This document shows positions 1 through 9,404 of a stretch of DNA of 64,000 bases, one piece after another. The translations under genes were made by a program, and so were the position numbers. The notes beneath the pieces were generated by a model. It saw nothing but the letters and a program-made list of their open reading frames with translations, did not search any database and was not told the DNA's origin. How positions within the stretch are numbered: position 1 is the stretch's first letter; each line of letters starts with the position of its first letter. Source of the stretch: Marispirochaeta sp. (lineage in GTDB: Bacteria > Spirochaetota > Spirochaetia > JC444 > Marispirochaetaceae); NCBI GenBank assembly GCA_963676835.2, contig CAXXFF010000001.1:768001-832000 (forward strand), written 5' to 3'.

Positions 1-1165
1 GTCCGTCCATATCAAAATCGGTGATAAAGACAGAGGGTTTGAAAATGCCCCGCTCTTTGGTTACTTTTTCAGCTTCCAGCAGGGAGTGATATGCTGCATT
101 ACGGTAAATACGGCGATAGATACCGCCGTCTGCTCCATGCCAGTAGGCTTCATTGCTCTGGGCCTTCCAGAGCTCTTCTCTGGCGGTTTTCTTTCTGGAC
201 CGATCCCCTTTAATCTGATTAACCAGCAGACTGGTGTACATCATTTTACTGTAAAGGGCGTTCCCTTCGGGATAACGGGTCAGAAAGTACCGGTAAGACC
301 CCGACGGCAGAACAGAGCTGTCAGGATACTCGTATTCATCAGTGGCAGCACCTTCCTCCAGCCAGTGCATGAGACTCTGGAAGGTGATACTGGAAAAATA
401 GTGCTTATTCAGTGCCTTAAACTGCCGGGTACAACGAACGGGCCTGAAAGTGGCCACTTCACTGCTCCGGTTCTCAATTTCCTGAAAAAACTGCTCGTAC
501 CATTCCAGGCTCTTCTGAGGTTCCAGGTTGAGACAGATAACCTCACTCCCGGTATTGCGGTAGATAAGCCTGAGTTCATCCACAAAGGTTACGGTATCGA
601 TATTGCCTATTCTCCCGGAGAGCCCTGCGGAAACCGGATAGACAATTATACTTTTACCCAGATCCTCAGTAAAAGCAGGCATATACAGCTCTTTTCCGCG
701 GCAGCCGGCTTCGGCAAAATAGCTGTCCGGCAGGAAAATATACTCAAAGCCGGCACTTTTGAGTGTACTGGCAAGAGAAGGCTCCCATACATCACCGGGC
801 AAGAGACCTCCCCGTGGACGTCTGCCAAAGCGCTTGCGAATAAAAGTTGTCAGGTATTCAATCTGTCCAAGCCTGTCCTGGCTTGGAACAAGAGGAAGAA
901 AGGCTTCGTACTGCACACCACCCAGGAGTTCTATCTGCTTCCTTTTCGATAAATCATTCAGAAGCATAAGGAACTCCGGGTGACGGTTCTCGAGCCATTC
1001 GAGAAGATTTCCGGAGTAGTATAACCACATGTATACACCGGGATGATTATAAAGAAGGGTAAGAAAAGGCTTATACATTGACTGGTAAGCCTTCTCAAAC
1101 TCCTCTTCCGTCGTCCCAACAGGGAGACTGTTTCGCATCCCGAGAACTAACTTTTGGCTCGGCAT
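1..1165 (-). CDS. GH57-family (4-alpha-glucanotransferase/alpha-amylase-like) protein; runs off window start
   Basis: Missed by the ORF track. Hand translation from ATG 1165: MPSQKLVLGMRNSLPVGTTEEEFEKAYQSMYKPFLTLLYNHPG...YYSGNLLEWLENRHPEF...IELLGGVQYEAFLPLVPSQDRLGQI...FGRRPRGGLLPGDVWEPSLASTLKSAGFEYIFL, the GH57 N-terminal pattern. Confidence 0.85.
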   Translation of the reverse strand, partial: MPSQKLVLGMRNSLPVGTTEEEFEKAYQSMYKPFLTLLYNHPGVYMWLYYSGNLLEWLENRHPEFLMLLNDLSKRKQIELLGGVQYEAFLPLVPSQDRLGQIEYLTTFIRKRFGRRPRGGLLPGDVWEPSLASTLKSAGFEYIFLPDSYFAEAGCRGKELYMPAFTEDLGKSIIVYPVSAGLSGRIGNIDTVTFVDELRLIYRNTGSEVICLNLEPQKSLEWYEQFFQEIENRSSEVATFRPVRCTRQFKALNKHYFSSITFQSLMHWLEEGAATDEYEYPDSSVLPSGSYRYFLTRYPEGNALYSKMMYTSLLVNQIKGDRSRKKTAREELWKAQSNEAYWHGADGGIYRRIYRNAAYHSLLEAEKVTKERGIFKPSVFITDFDMDG

Positions 1166-1189
1166 TACAGAAAAAATCTATTTCCTTAT

Positions 1190-1999
1190 TTATTTTTTCT
1201 CAGCATTAATTATGCATTTAGGCGGACATTTCTCCGCCGCTGCCGTACGATCACCCTTCTGACTGTAGTCAATAGAAGCAAGAAAACTGTCGACGGCAAA
1301 GCCTCCCTCAGGAGACTGCTTTTCGCATAGCTTACACCCGATGCACCCTACTGTACAGTATTTCTTTGTAGCTGCACCTTTATCTTTCGAATTACAGGCG
1401 ACAATCCTGTCTGCTGAGTAGGGTATCATTTTTATTACCCCCGTGGGGCAAATGTCAACACATTTTCCGCAGGAAATACAAAGATCCTTGTTTACCCAGA
1501 CACAGTTATCTTCATCATAGGAGATTGCATCTACGGGACAGACTTTTATGCAGCTGCCGAGGCCGAGACATCCGTAGGAACAGGTTTTGTCTCCACCGAA
1601 AAGAAGATGGGCACTGACACAGTCTTCCACACCTTTGTACTCGAACTTATAGCTGGACCGGTCTTTGTTGCCGCGGCAGTGAACCTGGGCCACCATCTTT
1701 TCTTTGGTAAGATCAACTTCCTTGCCCAGAACCTTGCCGAGAGCTATCATTACCTCCTGTCCTCCGGGAGAACAGAGGCTTATATCAGCATCATTTTTAA
1801 CCATTCCCTCGGCATAACCGGAACAACCGGGATACCCGCAGGCTCCGCAGTTTACGCCGGGAAGAATACCCTCAACCTCTTCAATACGATGGTCTTTCTC
1901 AACAGCCAGTACCCGGGAGGCAACCGCCAGTCCGGTCCCGAAAAGGGCGCCGAGGATGCCGACCACAGCCAATGCATATAATGCAGGAATAACAATCAT
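1190..1999 (-). CDS. rnfB: Rnf complex subunit B (ferredoxin-like)
   Basis: N-terminal TM, LPGVNCGACGYPGC, several CxxCxxCxxxCP motifs; last gene of rnf operon. Confidence 0.95.
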   Translation of the reverse strand: MIVIPALYALAVVGILGALFGTGLAVASRVLAVEKDHRIEEVEGILPGVNCGACGYPGCSGYAEGMVKNDADISLCSPGGQEVMIALGKVLGKEVDLTKEKMVAQVHCRGNKDRSSYKFEYKGVEDCVSAHLLFGGDKTCSYGCLGLGSCIKVCPVDAISYDEDNCVWVNKDLCISCGKCVDICPTGVIKMIPYSADRIVACNSKDKGAATKKYCTVGCIGCKLCEKQSPEGGFAVDSFLASIDYSQKGDRTAAAEKCPPKCIINAEKK

Positions 2000-2008
2000 A
2001 AGGGCTCC

Positions 2009-2605
2009 TTATACTCCGGGGAAAAGGTTGGTCAGAAGAGTCTTGTCAAAGGCCATGAAGGCCATGGCCATAAGTCCGCCGGTGATAAAGGCAATGGAGA
2101 CTCCGCGAAAGGGCTTGGGTATCCATTCGGTATCCAGCTTCTCCCGGATGGTAGACATCAGCACTATGGCAAGAAGGAATCCGACGCCGGCGGAAAAACC
2201 GGCCACAAAACTTTCAGCAGCGTTGTAGCTGTTCTGAACGGCAATTACCGCCATACCCATTACCGCACAGTTGGTGGTAATAAGGGGAAGGTAGATACCG
2301 AGTGCCTTGTAGAGGGCGGGAGAAACCTTCTGGATAACCATTTCAACCAGCTGCACCAGGGATGCAATAACCAGAATAAACGATATGGTTCTCAGGAAAG
2401 TGATATCCAGGGGAACAAGAATCCAGTGGTAAATTGCCCAGGTTGCCAGGGTGGCAATGGACATAACAAAAATAACTGCAAACCCCATCCCTACTGCAGA
2501 CTCAACATTCTTGGAAACACCGACAAAGGGGCATATTCCAAGAAACTGGGTAAGGATAAAGTTGTTGATAAAAACAAAGGTTATAAATATTCCGATATAT
2601 ATCAT
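2009..2605 (-). CDS. rnfA: Rnf complex subunit A
   Basis: NNFILTQFLGICPF, LGIYLPLITTNCAV. Confidence 0.95.
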   Translation of the reverse strand: MIYIGIFITFVFINNFILTQFLGICPFVGVSKNVESAVGMGFAVIFVMSIATLATWAIYHWILVPLDITFLRTISFILVIASLVQLVEMVIQKVSPALYKALGIYLPLITTNCAVMGMAVIAVQNSYNAAESFVAGFSAGVGFLLAIVLMSTIREKLDTEWIPKPFRGVSIAFITGGLMAMAFMAFDKTLLTNLFPGV

Positions 2606-2608
2606 TGT

Positions 2609-3277
2609 TTACTCCGCGAGAGCGGCCTCCTTTGACTCATTCTTACCTGCGTCCGCAATTGTTTTGCGGTCTTCATAATAGTTGAGCAGAGCCTTCAGAT
2701 ATCCGATTACAAGCAGCGCACCCGCAGCAAGGGTCATTACCCGGGCAGGAGACTTGTACAGCAGGGGAATCTGTATTTCGCCGCCGAAGCCTAAGGCTGC
2801 GATGGGAAAAAGGGTAATAGTACCGTTACCGAGAACTTCCCGTACAAGTGCTATTACAACCAGGGCCAGGGTAAAACCGACACCCATTCCGAGGGCATCC
2901 ATTACCGACCGCCCTACGCCATTCTTGCTGGCAAAGGCTTCGGCCCGCCCGAGGATTACGCAGTTAACAACAATAAGGGGTACAAATACACCGAGACTGT
3001 TGTACAGGGCAGGAATATACGCCTGCATCACCATCTCAACGATGGTAACAAAGGAGGCGATTATTACAATATATGCGGGAATCCGCACCTTGTCGGGAAT
3101 AAACCCCTTCAGCAGGGAAACAAAAATATTTGATCCCAGCAGAACAAAAAGTGTTCCGGCACCCATACCGAGGGAATTGACCACCTTTGTGGAGACTCCC
3201 AGGGAGGGACAGAGGCCGAGCAGTACTACAAAAACAGGATTCTCTTTAAAAATCCCTTTGGTAAATTCCTTCAACAT
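2609..3277 (-). CDS. rnfE: Rnf complex subunit E
   Basis: ENPVFVVLLGLCP, PLIVVNCVILGRAEAFA. Confidence 0.95.
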   Translation of the reverse strand: MLKEFTKGIFKENPVFVVLLGLCPSLGVSTKVVNSLGMGAGTLFVLLGSNIFVSLLKGFIPDKVRIPAYIVIIASFVTIVEMVMQAYIPALYNSLGVFVPLIVVNCVILGRAEAFASKNGVGRSVMDALGMGVGFTLALVVIALVREVLGNGTITLFPIAALGFGGEIQIPLLYKSPARVMTLAAGALLVIGYLKALLNYYEDRKTIADAGKNESKEAALAE

Positions 3278-3834
3278 TATTTTCCTCCCAGGCTGATTAC
3301 GTATGCGGAACCTTCACCAAGAGCCCGTCCGATACCGGCAAAGGTGATGGTTGCACCGGAGATCGAGTCTGCCTGCTCCTGAGGAAGCTGACTTTTGCGG
3401 GCCGGCACCGGTTTGGTCGAACCTGTGCCCTTGTACATACGCATGTATTCAGGTTTTTCCGCCTCTTTTCCGAGGCCCGGGGTCTCCTGGTTCTCCATGA
3501 GTACAGAGGAGTGAATAGCACCGTCCGGCAGGTAACTTGCAAGGATATTCAGATCTCCACCGTAGCCAGAACCGACAAGACGAAGCACATAGCCCGCCTG
3601 TTCACCGGCAGAGTTGATAACCGGATAGTATCCCCGTACAACTTTACCGCCCTCAACAGGAACAAAGTCGCCGGCCTTCCCTTCGGGGATTACCGCCGAC
3701 AGGGCCTCCTGGAGCCTCTGAGCCTTGAGTTCCGCAATACGGGGAGCGGTAACCGCATTAGCCAGACCAAGACTGAAGGCTGCGATAGCACAGATAAGTG
3801 CAAGCTTTCCGCCTATTACAGTTAGCTGCTTCAT
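3277..3834 (-). CDS. rnfG: Rnf complex subunit G (FMN-binding)
   Basis: GYGG, ETPGLG, DSISGATIT FMNylation motif. Confidence 0.95.
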   Translation of the reverse strand: MKQLTVIGGKLALICAIAAFSLGLANAVTAPRIAELKAQRLQEALSAVIPEGKAGDFVPVEGGKVVRGYYPVINSAGEQAGYVLRLVGSGYGGDLNILASYLPDGAIHSSVLMENQETPGLGKEAEKPEYMRMYKGTGSTKPVPARKSQLPQEQADSISGATITFAGIGRALGEGSAYVISLGGK

Positions 3835-4904
3835 TATTTGGCCTCCTTGCGGAGTTCGCCGAACTTAACCGGCTGGGTGTAGCGGTTTATCATGGGTACA
3901 AAGATGTTCATAAGAATGATTGCCAGGGAGACTCCTTCGGGGAAAGAGCCGTATACCCGGATAAGGAAGGTAAGAAGACCGATGCCGGTACCATATATAA
4001 GCATACCCTTTTTTGTCAGGGGCGATGAAACCATGTCGGTGGCCATAAAGAAAAGGCCCAGCATAAAACCGCCGGAAAGCATATGAAAAAGCACATCTCC
4101 GGAAAAAAGACCCGCACCGTAGGGGATTCCGCCGAAGGCAAAGATCATTATGACAAAACTGGCAGCGTAGCTTACCACAATTTCCCAGTTGACAATCTTA
4201 ACGGCAATCAGGTAGATGCCGCCTAAAAGAAGCAGCAGCGCCGAAGCCTCGCCGATACAGCCGGGAATATTCCCCAGAAAAAGATCGACATAGCCGGAAT
4301 TGAGTCCGGGGATCATTGATGTAATGGTGTTGTCCAGGCCGGAAACCGGGAACTTCAGCTCCCGCAGCAGTGCCATGGGGCCGGCTATGGGGCCGGAGAC
4401 TTCCATCAGACCCGCCTTTATGCTTCCAAGGGGAGTAGCCATGGTTACCGCATCCAGGCCGAGGGCCCGGGGAACCGGCCAGGTGGTCATATCTCCCGTC
4501 CAGGAGAAGAAAACAAAAACACGGCCTGCCAATGCAGGGTTCATCCAGTTACGGCCGAGGCCGCCGAAGGTCCACTTTACAACCAGAATGGCAAAGGCCG
4601 AAGCAATCACCGGAATATAGAGCGGAACAGTTCCGGGCATATTCATACCAACCAGGAGTCCCGTAAGAAAGGCGCTTCCGTCTTTCAGGGTAAACCTGCC
4701 CAGAACCCGTCCGGCAAGGTATTCAAAAAGCAGACAGCTTGCAATTGAGACCAGCAGAACCAGCAGACTGGACAGTCCGAACTGATATATCCCCCACAGG
4801 GATGCCGGTGCAAGTGCCGCAGACACACGCCACATGATTGAAGCAGTTGTGTCTTTATGGTGTATGTGGGGTGATGACGTTACTAACAGGGATTCGGTAT
4901 TCAT
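3834..4904 (-). CDS. rnfD: Rnf complex subunit D
   Basis: SSPHIH, FGGLG..NPALAGR, MATPL, MATDMVSSP. Confidence 0.95.
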   Translation of the reverse strand: MNTESLLVTSSPHIHHKDTTASIMWRVSAALAPASLWGIYQFGLSSLLVLLVSIASCLLFEYLAGRVLGRFTLKDGSAFLTGLLVGMNMPGTVPLYIPVIASAFAILVVKWTFGGLGRNWMNPALAGRVFVFFSWTGDMTTWPVPRALGLDAVTMATPLGSIKAGLMEVSGPIAGPMALLRELKFPVSGLDNTITSMIPGLNSGYVDLFLGNIPGCIGEASALLLLLGGIYLIAVKIVNWEIVVSYAASFVIMIFAFGGIPYGAGLFSGDVLFHMLSGGFMLGLFFMATDMVSSPLTKKGMLIYGTGIGLLTFLIRVYGSFPEGVSLAIILMNIFVPMINRYTQPVKFGELRKEAK

Positions 4905-4949
4905 CCTAACCTCATATCTTCAAGTTTGTTTATGTGCCGCCTCATGGCT

Positions 4950-6311
4950 TCAGGCCCGGGCCGCAGCATCTTTACGGGCTTTTCTGCGTCTCAGCTCGTA
5001 CTTTCCGCCTTTCATCCCCTGAACCAGCGGAATGTGTGCAGGACAGGAATAACCGCAGCAGCCGCATTCCTTGCAGTCGAGAAGACCGATAGCCATGGCG
5101 GATTCGTACTCCTGATGATCCAGCAGTTTGAAAAGCCGTGTAGGATTGAGACCCATAGGACAGGCAGCCACACAGCGCCCGCAGGAGATACAGGCAGTTG
5201 AGGTTCCCTGGCCAAGTTCCTTCTCGGTCAGAGCAAGAATGCCGGAGGTTCCCTTGGCGGTGGGTGTATCCTCATCAAAGAATGAGAAGCCCATCATTGG
5301 CCCTCCCGCCACCAGCTTGACTGTATCATCAAGCTTGCCGCCGGCAGCCTCGATAAGGAGCCGTACAGGAGTACCTACCCGGGCCCGGAAATTAACGGGT
5401 TCTGTTATTCCGGCACCGGTAATGGAAACAATTCTTTCATACAGAGCCTTTCCGCATGCAATTGCCTCATAGACGGCATTAACGGTGCTCACATTGGCAA
5501 CCACCGCACCGACTTCGATGGGCAGTGCACCTGAGGGGACCTCCCGGTTGATTACAGCCTTAAGCAGCTGTTTTTCGTCTCCCTGGGGATATTTCATCTT
5601 CAGGGGATAAACCTTTACCGGAATAGATGCCTTTGCGGCATACTCTTTCATTATTTTGATTGCATCAGGCTTGTTTTTCTCGATACCGATACGGACCTCT
5701 GCGGGCTGAAGTATTTTATAGAGAATTTCGAGGCCTTTAAATATTTCTGCAGTCTTCTCCAGCATCAGCCGGTGGTCTGAGGTAAGATAGGGCTCACACT
5801 CAACACCATTGATTACCAGGTATTCAGCTTTTGCTCCCTTGGGCAAGGAAAACTTCACATGGGCCGGAAAGGTGGCTCCTCCCATACCGACAATGCCGTA
5901 ATCGGCGATCATCTTGAGAAGTGCCTGGTTGTCGAGGCTCTTCCATGCATCAGTTTCCGGATACTCCGGAGGTGCGGTTCCATCGTGGGCTATTACTACA
6001 GCCCTGGACTTTCCTCCGTGGGGAAGAAATACCTCGGTAAACTCTTTTATTTCGCCTGCACAGGGGCTGTGAACATTGGCTGAGATAAATCCTGAGGATT
6101 TACCGAGGAGGTCACCGTAATTTACCGTGTCCCCTACTTCTACAACTGCTTCCGCCGGACTTCCCAGGTGCTGGGAAAGAGGAACAACAAAAAGCTCCGG
6201 CAGCGGTGCCTCACGAACAGAGACGGTGTTGCAGTAGTGCTTGTTATCCCGCGGGTGGATTCCGCCTTTACTGAAGGTGTAGAATGCCTTTTCTGATTGT
6301 TTAGTATTCAT
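4950..6311 (-). CDS. rnfC: Rnf complex subunit C
   Basis: GGIHP, GIVGMGGATFP, ECEPYLTSD, two 4Fe-4S motifs. Confidence 0.95.
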   Translation of the reverse strand: MNTKQSEKAFYTFSKGGIHPRDNKHYCNTVSVREAPLPELFVVPLSQHLGSPAEAVVEVGDTVNYGDLLGKSSGFISANVHSPCAGEIKEFTEVFLPHGGKSRAVVIAHDGTAPPEYPETDAWKSLDNQALLKMIADYGIVGMGGATFPAHVKFSLPKGAKAEYLVINGVECEPYLTSDHRLMLEKTAEIFKGLEILYKILQPAEVRIGIEKNKPDAIKIMKEYAAKASIPVKVYPLKMKYPQGDEKQLLKAVINREVPSGALPIEVGAVVANVSTVNAVYEAIACGKALYERIVSITGAGITEPVNFRARVGTPVRLLIEAAGGKLDDTVKLVAGGPMMGFSFFDEDTPTAKGTSGILALTEKELGQGTSTACISCGRCVAACPMGLNPTRLFKLLDHQEYESAMAIGLLDCKECGCCGYSCPAHIPLVQGMKGGKYELRRRKARKDAAARA

Positions 6312-7825
6312 GCAGTTTGGCTCATTCTCCTTGATTGGTAGCTTCCATTAAAATGAGTGATTACCCGCCGTTTTTCCTCAAGTGCATGGGCCAGGCCGAT
6401 AAACATTAGAGTCAGCAGTAAAGCGAAGCCCGGATAAACACCATAAACCGGGGTTTTTCCGAAGCTTACAGCCCTGGTGAGGATACCTTTCGGGGTGCCA
6501 TCTTGAAGAAAAAAAGTAGAAATACGGTCGGTATCGTTGTCAATTATAGCTGTATACCATGGGGATGTAAACCGCCAAATTGGTCTGTCCAATTCATTTA
6601 TGCGATTTTTTTCATATATGAATGTGCTAATAAATATACCTTTCTTTACCGCATCAAGAGAAAACTCCGGCCGGTAGAGATAGTTCTCCTGAAAGAACTT
6701 ATGGGTAATATAGGAGGCAAGAGAAGGAAGCCCTGACTCCAGTTCAAGCTGTTCAAGGGCGTAGAGATTATCCAGAGGGTTATCACTTACAGAGTCCAGA
6801 CTGACTGAAAGAGGCAGTTGCAGCTTCCCGGAATTGTCTGGGGAAAGAGGAAAGAACGCAAGCAGCATGGCTGCCGCAACTGCGGCGGTCTGCAGGGAAT
6901 AACGTTTAAACCGCATTTTACCCGGTTTCAGGGGTACATGTACAAACAGGGGATGTACCATCCTTCCGGAACGGGACAAGCCTAAAGCTATCCGTCCCCG
7001 TAATAATGCAAATCCTGCAAGAGAAGCGGAAAATGGAAACCGGAAAAAATCCGTAAATGAGACATAAAAACCGTAAAACGCCATGGCAATCACAAGTCCC
7101 GAGGCAAGAATGACAAGCTCTTTGCGCCGGGATGGTTCCAGGGACTGTTGGGGATCATGAATCCGCCTAACCATCAGAGGCATCAGCAGATTAATCATGG
7201 CAGGTATGGCAAAAACGCCGAACAGAACAAGATACAGTGCTTCCGGACCGGAAACAATCAGACCGATTCCCCAGGGAATCATAACCAGAAAACTCAAAAT
7301 CCTGTAGGATGACTGCAAAAGCAGCACTACCAACAGAGCTGATAGAAAAAGAATCCCGTCCCTGACAGGCGTCGGCGGACCGGCATCAGCCAGCAGAGCG
7401 ACGTCCCTTTCGATACCGGATTCCTGCAGCAGTTTTCTCAGATCCCGCAGAGGCATATCACGGGCAATATAGAGAATCTCCGCGGCCTCCCCGTTCCATA
7501 TACCGGAAAACATGGATGGAAGGGAACGGATAAACGGATCGATTCTGGGATCCAGGGAAGAAAAATGCTGTGAAACCTCAGAGAGAGGAAGAGTATTCAG
7601 GTGATCGAAACCGCTTAGTGTTACCTCCGCCGTCCGAGGAGAGAGGACATTGAGAGAATCGGGAAGCATCGCCTCCAGGGCAGCACTGTCACGGCAGACT
7701 AGAGTATACCATTCAGGCCAAAGCTTAAGATCTGCCCCAACCGACTCCCGGCCGCTGAAAAACAGAAGAGCCGAAATCAGGCTGTAAAGAAGAATCCATG
7801 GAACTGGACGCAGGCGGGATCGCAT
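6308..7825 (-). CDS. Multi-pass membrane hypothetical protein
   Basis: 505-aa ORF with several hydrophobic segments; 4-nt ATGA overlap with rnfC. Confidence 0.7.
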   Translation of the reverse strand: MRSRLRPVPWILLYSLISALLFFSGRESVGADLKLWPEWYTLVCRDSAALEAMLPDSLNVLSPRTAEVTLSGFDHLNTLPLSEVSQHFSSLDPRIDPFIRSLPSMFSGIWNGEAAEILYIARDMPLRDLRKLLQESGIERDVALLADAGPPTPVRDGILFLSALLVVLLLQSSYRILSFLVMIPWGIGLIVSGPEALYLVLFGVFAIPAMINLLMPLMVRRIHDPQQSLEPSRRKELVILASGLVIAMAFYGFYVSFTDFFRFPFSASLAGFALLRGRIALGLSRSGRMVHPLFVHVPLKPGKMRFKRYSLQTAAVAAAMLLAFFPLSPDNSGKLQLPLSVSLDSVSDNPLDNLYALEQLELESGLPSLASYITHKFFQENYLYRPEFSLDAVKKGIFISTFIYEKNRINELDRPIWRFTSPWYTAIIDNDTDRISTFFLQDGTPKGILTRAVSFGKTPVYGVYPGFALLLTLMFIGLAHALEEKRRVITHFNGSYQSRRMSQTA

Positions 7826-7837
7826 GAAAGAAAACCC

Positions 7838-8293
7838 CTAGAGTTTGCAGAAAGCTACGGCGATAAAGAATCCGAGAATCACTCCGATGGACACTTCCGT
7901 GGTCGTATGGCCGTGAACCTCTTTCACCGGAGAAAACGGTATTTTGTATCGTTTCTTGAGCTCTTCTCCGAGACTGTTCAGTGCCTGAGCCTGAAGCCCG
8001 GCGGAACGCCGCACACCCAAGGCATCACGAATGACCAGGAGAGAGAAAAAAAGCATGGAGATAAACAGGGGCGAATCGATGCCCTCGGTGAACCCGATGG
8101 AGGTAGCAAGAGCGGTTACCGCAGAGGAATGGCTTGACGGCATTCCACCGGTACGCCAGAGCAGCGTGTAGACTATCTCTTTTGATTTTCTGGATTTAGG
8201 ATTAAAAAGCTCGATTGCCGTTTTGACGAACTGGGCCATAAACCAGCCGAAGATCGCCGACAAGAAAACAGGATGACTGAGTAAGCGGTACAC
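7838..8293 (-). CDS. Divergent PAP2 family protein (DUF212)
   Basis: TGGMPSSHS, DALGVRR.AG.QA..LN, E.HGHT. Confidence 0.9.
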   Translation of the reverse strand: MYRLLSHPVFLSAIFGWFMAQFVKTAIELFNPKSRKSKEIVYTLLWRTGGMPSSHSSAVTALATSIGFTEGIDSPLFISMLFFSLLVIRDALGVRRSAGLQAQALNSLGEELKKRYKIPFSPVKEVHGHTTTEVSIGVILGFFIAVAFCKL

Positions 8294-8348
8294 TTAAAAT
8301 TCTCCGTTGGCGATCATATTGAAGGTATTTTCCCCGGCTCCATACTAT

Positions 8349-8377
8349 TTGTCAAGGCGGCCGGAAAAGAGTATAGT
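8349..8377 (+). promoter_or_regulatory. Sigma70-like promoter, probably leaderless
   Basis: TTGTCA-17 nt-TATAGT, then 6 nt to GTG 8384. Confidence 0.6.
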
Positions 8378-8383
8378 CAATTT

Positions 8384-9268
8384 GTGAAGAGAGTTTTCAA
8401 CCATATACAGTTTCTCCTCAAAGGGGTAAAAGTCTTTGCCCTGGTGGGACGCAGCGGCACCGGCAAGAGTTTCAGGGCAAAACTGGTGGCCCAGAAATAC
8501 GGTATGGAGCTTATTATCGATGACGGGCTTCTGATTCATGACCAGAAAATTATAGCTGGAAAATCGGCAAAGAAAGAGAAAGCATACCTGGGTGCAATCA
8601 AGACAGCCCTCTTCGACGATTCCGCCCACAGGGCTGATGTTCTTGAAGCCCTGCACCAGGTAAAATTCCGCAGCATACTGATTCTGGGGACCAGCGACCG
8701 CATGGTCGCAAAAATTGCCAAGCGCCTCAAGCTGCCGGCAATCTCCAAAATCATTCACATAGAAGATATCGCAACCACCGACGAAATAGAAACCGCCATT
8801 CGATCCCGCAAAATCGAGGGAAAACACATTATCCCGGTACCGACAATAGAGATCGCCAGAAACTACTCTCATATTATGTATGATTCGGTGAAAATCTTCC
8901 TGAAGAACAAACTCCCCTACCTTAACCTGAAAAAGCAGCAGGTATATGAAAAAACCGTGGTACGGCCGGAGTTCTCAAAAAAAGGCAAGGTATCAATCTC
9001 CAAGGCGGCTCTCACCCAGATGGTTCTCCATTGTGCCGAAGAGTACGATTCCACCATAAGCCTGCAGAAGGTGCATGCCCGGATCGATAATCAGGGCTAC
9101 ATCCTTACCCTGCATGTCCATGTACCCTACGGCGTGCAGCTCTCGGGAAACCTCCATGGTTTTCAGGAGTACCTCATTGACAGCCTTGAACGCTATGCCG
9201 GAATAATCATCCAGAAAGTAAACGTCATTATCGAAGACTTCCATTCCGGACGATCTGCCAGGACTTGA
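8384..9268 (+). CDS. P-loop NTPase fused to Asp23/Gls24-like domain
   Basis: GRSGTGKS, IIDDGLLI, EKTVVRPEFS..GKV.IS. Confidence 0.75.
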   Translation: MKRVFNHIQFLLKGVKVFALVGRSGTGKSFRAKLVAQKYGMELIIDDGLLIHDQKIIAGKSAKKEKAYLGAIKTALFDDSAHRADVLEALHQVKFRSILILGTSDRMVAKIAKRLKLPAISKIIHIEDIATTDEIETAIRSRKIEGKHIIPVPTIEIARNYSHIMYDSVKIFLKNKLPYLNLKKQQVYEKTVVRPEFSKKGKVSISKAALTQMVLHCAEEYDSTISLQKVHARIDNQGYILTLHVHVPYGVQLSGNLHGFQEYLIDSLERYAGIIIQKVNVIIEDFHSGRSART

Positions 9269-9404
9269 GATTATACCCTTCACTGTCGATAGTTAAAGGG
9301 AAACTCTCAACTTATCGTGTTGTAGAAAACACCGTATTGGAAGAGTTTCCCTGAAACAGGAATACCATGAACCCGGTAACGGGCTTTTTCTTAAACGAAG
9401 GAGA

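Noticed and set aside
86..952. 288-aa plus-strand ORF
   Set aside because: Antisense shadow of the GH57-like gene
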